From positions 96,001 to 160,000 of the forward strand of contig CBDAOC010000019.1 of assembly GCA_965197925.1 (NCBI GenBank): a stretch of DNA of 64,000 nt, written 5' to 3'. Below, piece by piece: positions 56,916-64,000 of the stretch. Position 1 is the stretch's first letter, and each line of letters starts with the position of its first letter. The stretch comes from Nitrososphaerales archaeon. Its GTDB lineage: Archaea > Thermoproteota > Nitrososphaeria > Nitrososphaerales > UBA213. A program made the translations under genes and the position numbers. The notes under the pieces are model-generated. The model made no database searches. It was not told the DNA's origin and was given only the letters and a program-made list of their open reading frames with translations.

Positions 56916-57546
56916 ATGAAAATTTCTGTGAGAATGTTAAAAGCATTGAATGAACAAATTTCAATGGAAGCTTATGCTTCAAGACCAGATAATATTCTCA
57001 AAAACGTTCATGTCAATATCTGCACTCCGTGGATGATGATTGGCAAACTAGGATTTTTAATTGTCGAGTATTTATTTTTAGATATACTTTGGTCAGTAGA
57101 AACCATCGTTTTTATTGCATATCGAATTGCACCATTGGATCAATGTGTTACGTGCCATACATTTCTATGCATTAGAGTCCAGATACGATGAAGAAAGACA
57201 ACACATGCTAAAGGTCATTCATTATTTAACTGGAATTGGAATAAATCCTGTAATACCTTCAGTAGAACAGCCGCCAAAAACATTCAACTCACTGGAAGCT
57301 GCGTGTAAGACTGCTTTAAAGAATGAAGAAGCAGTTACAAAATCTATCTATAATATGGTAGAATTCGCACAAGAAGAAAAAGATTACAATACTTATAGTT
57401 TTCTTCAATGGTTTGTTGACGAACAAATGGAAGAAGAAGTCAAATCATTTGGAGCCATATTGCACAAGTTTGATTTGATTGGAAGAGACAAATATGCAAT
57501 TAATGAAATTGACAAGGCTTTGATGAACTTGAAAAGTATAACTTAA
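56916..57546 (+). pseudogene. ftnA: Ferritin, disrupted by ~200 bp of foreign sequence
   Basis: MLKALNEQISMEAYAS ... DEERQHMLK...YL ... E..VT.SI ... FLQWFVDEQMEEE. Confidence 0.85.
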
Positions 57547-57564
57547 GACGGTAACCAATACATC

Positions 57565-57839
57565 CTAGACCATTTTCTGGATTATAAGTGTATCATGCCT
57601 GCCGGATATGAAGATGTCCCGGTATGGAGAGCATGCGGAAGATGCGGGAAGCAGGTGAAGAGGAGGTTCCGTAACCAACTTTACCATCAGAGGAACAAGA
57701 ATGAGACTACCTGTGACAAAGAGGATGCTTGGTGACCGTATGGCATCAAGAACGGTGAGGATGCAGGACAGGTTGATGTTAAGTATAGCCTGCAACATGC
57801 ATGGATTGACCGTATTTATGGCATGGTTTCTACAGAGCC
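57565..57839 (+). mobile_element. Degraded IS5-like transposase 3' end
   Basis: KRMLGD.M.SR.VRMQ.R.....ACNMH followed by the IS end tttctacagagcc. Confidence 0.55.
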
Positions 57840-57975
57840 TCTTTAACCAAACATGTAGTGTTCTCTCTATTATATGTTCAAAGCAATTATGCTATGGGCT
57901 ATTTAGAATCAATTCCTAGAATGGTTCAATAGCGAAGCGGGACACAATTCAAGAACATCGAAGGGGAAAAACTGG
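57840..57975. repeat. Left arm of ~130-bp inverted repeat (right arm 61465-61595)
   Basis: Reverse-complement match with a few mismatches and a 5-bp indel. Confidence 0.9.
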
Positions 57976-58253
57976 AAGTAAAGGAATTGATCAACTTTCC
58001 TCGATGGACAAGACAACTAATTCACAGACCTGGTTCCGTATGGCTTGCTGTCATATACAAAAACAAAATTTGCGGAGTAAGCACATTTCCCGTGTTTATT
58101 AACGTCAAACTTTTCCTCAAAGATTACAACGAGACTATTATTTGGGAAATGTAGATTTCTAGATGATGATGACATGTTGCTCTATAGATGTTACCATTGA
58201 AGGCAACAATCTTATATTAACCAGTTCCAGCAATGATTAACCTTACGGATCTG

Positions 58254-58754
58254 CAAGTCATCTTAAAACTCTCCAATGCATTATGGATGCTGCTAGATGA
58301 AGTTCCATATGCGTTTCTGGTAATATTTCATAGCGCATTGCCAATCTCCTAAACTCCCCCTTCAGCCATGCGAAGAACCTCCCAACATATGTTCTGTTCC
58401 TTTTGGACGCATTTTCATCTGACATAGCTGGTCAAGTTTCTTCTTCCTTGTTGACAGTCTAGCTATTCTGGCTTTTATCTTATGCAATGAAGGATATGTT
58501 CTTACAAAGAATGAATCGCATGCCTTATCGGCATAAACAAGTCTACTCGGTCTTGCACCCGTCATGATTCTTGTGTCCTTCATGACTGGAATGAGCTTTC
58601 CGGTATCATGTTCATTCGCCGGACCCAACAAGATGGATGAAGGAAGAGAATCACCATTGACAGCAGCATGCTTGCTTTCTAGTACCTTCTTGCTTCCATC
58701 ATATCCTACCATCTGACGGTTTAGGGCATCTATAGTAATCGAAGAAGAAATCAA
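58254..58754 (-). mobile_element. Degraded IS5 OrfB
   Basis: GYDG.KK...K.HAAV....LP.SI.LGPANEHD, VYADKA.D; terminal caagtcatcttaaaact. Confidence 0.75.
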
Positions 58755-58980
58755 AAAGTTTTCAAACTACAAAATTGCTTTAGAGCATTTAAGGAATGTA
58801 TTTGGCGATGCAATATGTGAACACACCTTAGGTCAGTTTACTAAAAATAATTAGTGATTATCTAAATCAGAGGCAACTCGAACACTCGACACTTAACACG
58901 GAGAATTATCACGCGCTAGCTTAACAGGGCCAATTGCTCATTATGCTTAAATACTCCCCGTAAGAAAGAGATTTAGATTA

Positions 58981-60723
58981 ATGATATTAATGAATAAACT
59001 AGTAATACCTAGTATATTGGCAGCGACAGTATTGATAGCAGGAATATTTGCGTTCATGCCAGTAGAGAGGGCAAGCACGGTGCACACAAGTCTAGAAGCC
59101 AAGATGGAGGCAGTTGAAAATGCAGTCAAGGGTGAAATTAATAAGAACAGATTTTTCCTGGAGACCGTTAACCTGAGCGGCGTTACCGATGATAGTACAA
59201 TAGTCGTCGCTGATTCTACTCCCCACGGAATGGGCCAGGTTCACATAGCCGCAACCCTTCCGGTCGCAGACACTGGTGCCGATGGATGCACTGATGAGGA
59301 GCCATTGGTGGATGTAAAGGCGGGTCAGGCTCCAAATCTTGATATAGTGCTGACGGGTGATCATAACACGGGAATTGCCGGAAGAGAGAATATCAATACG
59401 AGTGATAATGCGTTTCCCATTGGCACCGATATGTGCGTATTTCATAGGACCATAACTGTCGCAAATGTCGGTGCAGACCTGCTGACCGACATAGTAGTAG
59501 AAGGAAAGGTGGGAGCACTACCGGCAGACGCCTTCATTACCGTGTCAGGCACGGGCTTGATTGATGATGGCATGGGACTATTCGGTAAGATAAAAATTGG
59601 TAGCATACTTCCACTAACGGGACGTCTGTCCAGTCATGGTGAAGAAAATCTGGAAGGCACAAGACTGGGTGTTGCCGACTTTAACGATCACTTGGCCGGA
59701 CTTGGGGAGCCATGGAGCATTGAACTGGTTTCAGAAGACTCTGAAACAAGTCCTGCTATTGCACTGGAAAAGATAAGGGTATTAAATGCAAAGGGAATCA
59801 ACATAATAATTGGCCCTGAGACCAGTGCCAATGTCAGGGAGGTCAAGGATTATGCTGATTCAAACAACATGCTGCTTATCAGCTGCTGCTCGACTGCTCC
59901 CTCACTAGCCATAGCAGATGACAGTGTATACCGCTTGGCGCCAGATGATAACAACCAAGGCACTGCACTTGCCAAGCTGTTAGAGCATCAGGGAATAGAA
60001 GTAATGATTTCTATATACAGGGACGAAGTATGGGGTAGGGGCCTAAGTGAGTCTACAATCAATTCGTTTGAAGGACGTGGAGGTCAGGTTGGCGAAAGAA
60101 TTCCTTACGACCCAGAGTCCCCCGAGTTTTCAGCAAAAACTTCATTGCTGGCACAAGAAGTACAGAAGCACGTTGATGACCATGGTCCGGAAAAGGTAGC
60201 TGTTTTATTTTTGGGCTTTGGTGAAATTGTAGAATTCCTAAACTCAGCTTCAGAGCACGATGTATTAGATGATGTAAGATGGTTTGGCCCTGGGGCTAAC
60301 ACTAGGGAGCCCAAAATAGTTGATGATCCAATAGGATTAGAGTTTGCTACAAATGTACAGTTTACTACGGTGCAGGTGGCAGTATCTGATAACGAGATAT
60401 ATCGGCATGTGCAAGATCATGTATTTGGGGTGCTTGGTAGAGCACCCAGTACGTATGTGCATACCTCCTATGATGCACCATGGATTGTGGGCCTGGCAAT
60501 GCTTGAAACCCAGTCCACCAATGTTGATATGATAAAAAGAATACTGCCTAGGATTGCAGAAAATTTTGACGGTGCCACTGGTGGAATGGAGGGGATAATA
60601 CTAAATGATGCGGGGGATCGGGGTCAAGCTGATTATGGGATATGGGGGATTCGTGGCGGTGAGTGGGTCTTGCTGGGAAAATACACCCAAAGCAATGACA
60701 GTGTGGTACTAACTGGTTCCTAG
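58981..60723 (+). CDS. Second full cassette: conserved N-terminal domain plus a divergent ABC substrate-binding domain (start probably ATG 58990)
   Basis: Same leader and framework; IGSILPLTGRLSSHGEEN, IIGPETS, CCSTAPSLAIADDSVYRLAPDD. Confidence 0.9.
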   Translation: MILMNKLVIPSILAATVLIAGIFAFMPVERASTVHTSLEAKMEAVENAVKGEINKNRFFLETVNLSGVTDDSTIVVADSTPHGMGQVHIAATLPVADTGADGCTDEEPLVDVKAGQAPNLDIVLTGDHNTGIAGRENINTSDNAFPIGTDMCVFHRTITVANVGADLLTDIVVEGKVGALPADAFITVSGTGLIDDGMGLFGKIKIGSILPLTGRLSSHGEENLEGTRLGVADFNDHLAGLGEPWSIELVSEDSETSPAIALEKIRVLNAKGINIIIGPETSANVREVKDYADSNNMLLISCCSTAPSLAIADDSVYRLAPDDNNQGTALAKLLEHQGIEVMISIYRDEVWGRGLSESTINSFEGRGGQVGERIPYDPESPEFSAKTSLLAQEVQKHVDDHGPEKVAVLFLGFGEIVEFLNSASEHDVLDDVRWFGPGANTREPKIVDDPIGLEFATNVQFTTVQVAVSDNEIYRHVQDHVFGVLGRAPSTYVHTSYDAPWIVGLAMLETQSTNVDMIKRILPRIAENFDGATGGMEGIILNDAGDRGQADYGIWGIRGGEWVLLGKYTQSNDSVVLTGS

Positions 60724-60832
60724 ATACGCTTGGCTCAGGGTGTACCAGTAATTCTTGCGGCTTTCCTTTAAAGACGCCCTTGCCAGCAAAGAGCCTCCTA
60801 ACTTTAGGGCATGCCTTACATCTTGTTCAACC

Positions 60833-61110
60833 ACAAGTCATCCCAAAACTAAGCGACTGGTGAAACTTCCACGATCGCTCGGTCCATTTGCCGGCACCAT
60901 GCCTAATATTGCATGAAATTCAATGAATTAACAGGTGAGCAGCGGAAGTTCATAGAGCTATTGGCTAAGTCAAGGACGGGCAGGCGTATGGCAAATAATA
61001 GGATGAGATGACAATCAACGGCATATATTGACAACAGGATATGGATGGATGGATATGCATGCCAAGGAAGTATGGTGATGATTCTACGGCTAGCAGGGGG
61101 CTGAAAAAAT
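60833..61110 (+). mobile_element. Degraded IS5 5' end
   Basis: caagtcatcccaaaact terminal repeat; MKFNELTGEQ..., MPRKYGDDSTA.R.LK. Confidence 0.75.
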
Positions 61111-61464
61111 GACGCTTTATCCTTTCGCTGGAATGAACCAGTGCAAACCCTTCCAAACAATCCCTTAGAAATGCATCAAACCTGTTCTGCAATTCCAAGT
61201 GACTGGATGTGATAAGCAGTGTCCCCCAATGATCTGTTCCTTGTCAAGCTTTTCTATTTTCCCATCTACTAATATCCTGTTTTCAAGTTCTGTAGGTTCC
61301 AGCGATATGTTGTCAGCATCCTTGACGGTATTTTTCTGCCAATCTTAGTCTTTTATTCATAAAAGACAACCCGCTTGCTATGTTTGTAGCCGCCTTCTCT
61401 GTCTACAATTTTATCATTATATGTAAATTATTTTCCCGTGTTGTAAGGAGGAATGTAAACCACA

Positions 61465-61595
61465 CCAGTTTTTCCCCTTTTCTTGAATTGTGTCCCGCTT
61501 CGCTATTGAACCATTCTGGGAATTGATTCTAAATAACCCATAGCATAATTGCTTTGAACATATAATAGAGAGAACACTACATGTTTGGTTAAAGA
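61465..61595. repeat. Right arm of inverted repeat with 57840-57975
   Basis: Reverse-complement match. Confidence 0.9.
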
Positions 61596-61892
61596 CACTA
61601 TTTAATGGTCTTGACCAGTGAGGTACTATTCATAAGTAAAAAAGGCAAAGTTGGGATTGGAGAGATTCAAGATAAGTTTAGTCTAAAAGAGATCGCATAT
61701 ACGATTACAACCTTCCTCGTTAAATTTGGCTTCGCAGAATGAGATACAAATAAGAAATACGTCAAACTAAGTGAGGCATACAAGAGATTCTTGGATGAAG
61801 AAGAGGATTAGGTTTATAGTCTGTTTTCTGAGATGATTATCTCACGTGTAATATACGCACGTTTATAACATATTTACCTTTACTTGTGATGT

Positions 61893-63386
61893 TTGAAGTC
61901 TAATAGTAAAATCACATTTTATGGAGGTGTTCATGAGATAGGTGGAAACAAGTTTCTGATAGAAGACAAAGGCACCAGAATATTCTTGGATTTTGGGATG
62001 CAGATGGGAAAGGTCAACGACTATTTTAGTGAATTTATGAAGCCTCGGGTCCTAAACGGCATGGGTGATTTGTTCGAGTTTGGGTTATTACCACCGTTGA
62101 AAGGACTGTATAGGCAAGATTATTCAAAACATATGGGTTTTGATGGCGATGAAGATACTGCTTTCGACGCGGTGATACTGACCCACGCACATGTTGATCA
62201 TGGAGCATACGTACATTATATCAGACCAGAAATTCCAGTCCATTGTTCGGAAGCTACTAAACTGATTTTGCAGGGACTACAGGAGACGGGTGGTAAAGAG
62301 GAGTATATAACCTTCAAGCGAAACTTTCAGATCTACAAAAATAAAAAAGGTGAAATGAGCAGAGGCAAGGGAGAAAATTATCAAGAACCGCGCAACATAT
62401 CAGTATTTGAAAACGGAAAGAAATTTACTATAGATTCCATGGAAGTTGAACCTTTGGCTGTGGATCATTCTCTTCCCGGTGTTACCGGACTTATTTTACA
62501 TACATCAAAAGGTTCCGTGGCTTATACAGCTGATCTCAGATTTCATGGACGACGATCTTCGGATACAGAAAAGTTTGTAGAAAGATGTGGCGACTCTGAT
62601 CTCGATATCTTATTGTGTGAAGGTACACGTGTTACCGAAACTTGTTCAAAAACAGAATACAATGTGGAACAAGAAGCCAAGGATATAGTAAAAAAGACCA
62701 GTCAGTTAGTAGTAGCCGGCTATCCCGGTCGTGACCTGGATAGATTTCTGTCATTTTATAACGCGGCCAAGGAATGTGAACGTGACCTAGTGATTGATCT
62801 TAAGCAGGCATACCTACTGAAACTATTCCAATCATCGGAATACTGGAACAGGATATTTCCTACGCCTAATGATAAAAAAATCAAAATATTCATACCTAGA
62901 AAGTCATGGGGCCTGATTGACAAGGATTCAGGCACCTGGACTAAAAAACAACAACAAGAAGACTATGATAAATGGGAAAGGGAATTTCTGGGCTATGACA
63001 ACGCCGTTGATTATAGGTATGTTTCATCAAATCAGGGGGACTTGATATTTTATTGCAGCGATTATCAATTACAACAGCTCATTGATATCAGGCCTAATGA
63101 GGGAACGAGCTATATACGTTCATCGACAGAACCATATGATGATGAAATGGAGTTAAAGGAAGATAGAGTAAAGGGATGGCTCAGACACTTTAGACTGATA
63201 TCAAGCGAGAAAGACTGGACCTATAACCATGTCTCAGGACATGCCTCTGGAGACCAGATAAAGAAAATTATAGAAGGTGCTAAAGCAAGAAATCTCGTTC
63301 CTGTACACACCGAACACGAGGAATACCACAAAAAATGGCATGATGGAGTAATAGAAGTTGAAGCAAATCATTCCATAGAATTTTAG
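61893..63386 (+). CDS. MBL-fold / beta-CASP RNase J-like metallo-hydrolase
   Basis: FYGGVHEIGGN, LDFG, THAHVDH, VDHS, YTAD.R.HG, CEGT, HVSGHAS, PVHTEH. Confidence 0.9.
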   Translation: MKSNSKITFYGGVHEIGGNKFLIEDKGTRIFLDFGMQMGKVNDYFSEFMKPRVLNGMGDLFEFGLLPPLKGLYRQDYSKHMGFDGDEDTAFDAVILTHAHVDHGAYVHYIRPEIPVHCSEATKLILQGLQETGGKEEYITFKRNFQIYKNKKGEMSRGKGENYQEPRNISVFENGKKFTIDSMEVEPLAVDHSLPGVTGLILHTSKGSVAYTADLRFHGRRSSDTEKFVERCGDSDLDILLCEGTRVTETCSKTEYNVEQEAKDIVKKTSQLVVAGYPGRDLDRFLSFYNAAKECERDLVIDLKQAYLLKLFQSSEYWNRIFPTPNDKKIKIFIPRKSWGLIDKDSGTWTKKQQQEDYDKWEREFLGYDNAVDYRYVSSNQGDLIFYCSDYQLQQLIDIRPNEGTSYIRSSTEPYDDEMELKEDRVKGWLRHFRLISSEKDWTYNHVSGHASGDQIKKIIEGAKARNLVPVHTEHEEYHKKWHDGVIEVEANHSIEF

Positions 63387-63532
63387 CTTTATATTAAACG
63401 CAATCATCCATTCCCTGAATTTTGTAGATTCACATAAATCGAGTCAGGAAATATGAACTTCTGGATGCATGAAGGAAGAGCTTGCACCTATTTAACATTC
63501 TACTTGCCTATCTACTTGCCTAATAGCAATTC

Positions 63533-64000
63533 GTGATAACGATAGAGCAAGCAGAAAAGTTCACTCTTATCAAGGCTAATGTCACGGACTTTTCTGATTC
63601 ATTAGGATATTGCGAACACAAGATTCCATTCTATATGGAAGGAATCAAGGTACCACCTTCTCCAGAGACTATCAGGGGAACTAGTGCCCACAAGCAAGAA
63701 GAAGAGTCTGAAAAGGGGCATTTCAAGTTTGTTCCAATCACCCGTACAGAGCTGGCAGATATGAATCGCGACATAGAACTTGCAAGGGAGAATATTTTCA
63801 CAAGATTGCTAGTTCCAACCAATATCGGACAACTACGTGCATTTGTTCTATTGTCTGGGAGGGCCGATAAGATATTTCGGCATAGACAGACCCTAGTAGT
63901 ACAGGACGACAAATTTCCAACCAACCTTAAAAAATATGAAGAAAGGTCCGGACCATATCCTAATCAAATACTTCAGGCGTTGGCTTATCTAAACTCAAAA
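63533..64000 (+). CDS. Cas4-like / PD-(D/E)XK nuclease, runs off the window end
   Basis: From GTG 63533: ...SLGYCEHK..F....GT.AH...E...LSGRADKI.......VQDDK.........Q..AY. Confidence 0.7.
   Translation, partial: MITIEQAEKFTLIKANVTDFSDSLGYCEHKIPFYMEGIKVPPSPETIRGTSAHKQEEESEKGHFKFVPITRTELADMNRDIELARENIFTRLLVPTNIGQLRAFVLLSGRADKIFRHRQTLVVQDDKFPTNLKKYEERSGPYPNQILQALAYLNSK

Noticed and set aside
49195..60723. Diversity-generating retroelement behind cassette variation
   Set aside because: No reverse transcriptase in the window; differences include indels and are not adenine-specific
1..64000. tRNA/rRNA genes and att sites for the provirus-like block
   Set aside because: No cloverleaf or rRNA signature and no flanking direct repeat found by eye; tRNAscan-SE would be needed to exclude them

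Overview
AT-rich archaeal DNA, most consistent with Nitrososphaerota (Thaumarchaeota). This rests on archaeal-type IleRS and ArgRS, Cys-type Thi4, inositol-1-phosphate synthase and a thaumarchaeal S-layer-like C-terminal domain. Housekeeping islands (ileS; thi4; ino1, TPR, HAD, argS) alternate with IS5/DDE-rich, heavily pseudogenised accessory DNA. Main points: (1) A cell-surface protein cluster at 7.7-17 kb. (2) An AAA_14/DUF4143 ATPase with a hidden 4x22-aa repeat N-terminus. (3) A truncated provirus-like block at 22.5-27.7 kb with a spindle-virus-like two-helix capsid candidate, DUF5131, an N4/N6 methyltransferase and many tiny zinc-finger ORFs. (4) A decayed defence island at 44.6-47.2 kb (AbrB, type III Mod fragment, Panacea/DUF4065 plus a membrane partner). 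(5) Four copies of a secreted-protein cassette at 48.9-60.8 kb, with a near-constant promoter, leader and framework but hypervariable loops and divergent ABC substrate-binding C-termini; breakpoints of several duplicated blocks share the motif AAAAACTGG(AAG). (6) A split 17-bp satellite. (7) An RNase J-like gene followed by an unannotated Cas4-like nuclease at the right edge. No rRNA, tRNA or CRISPR array was recognised. All family calls come from motif recognition by eye, not from database searches.
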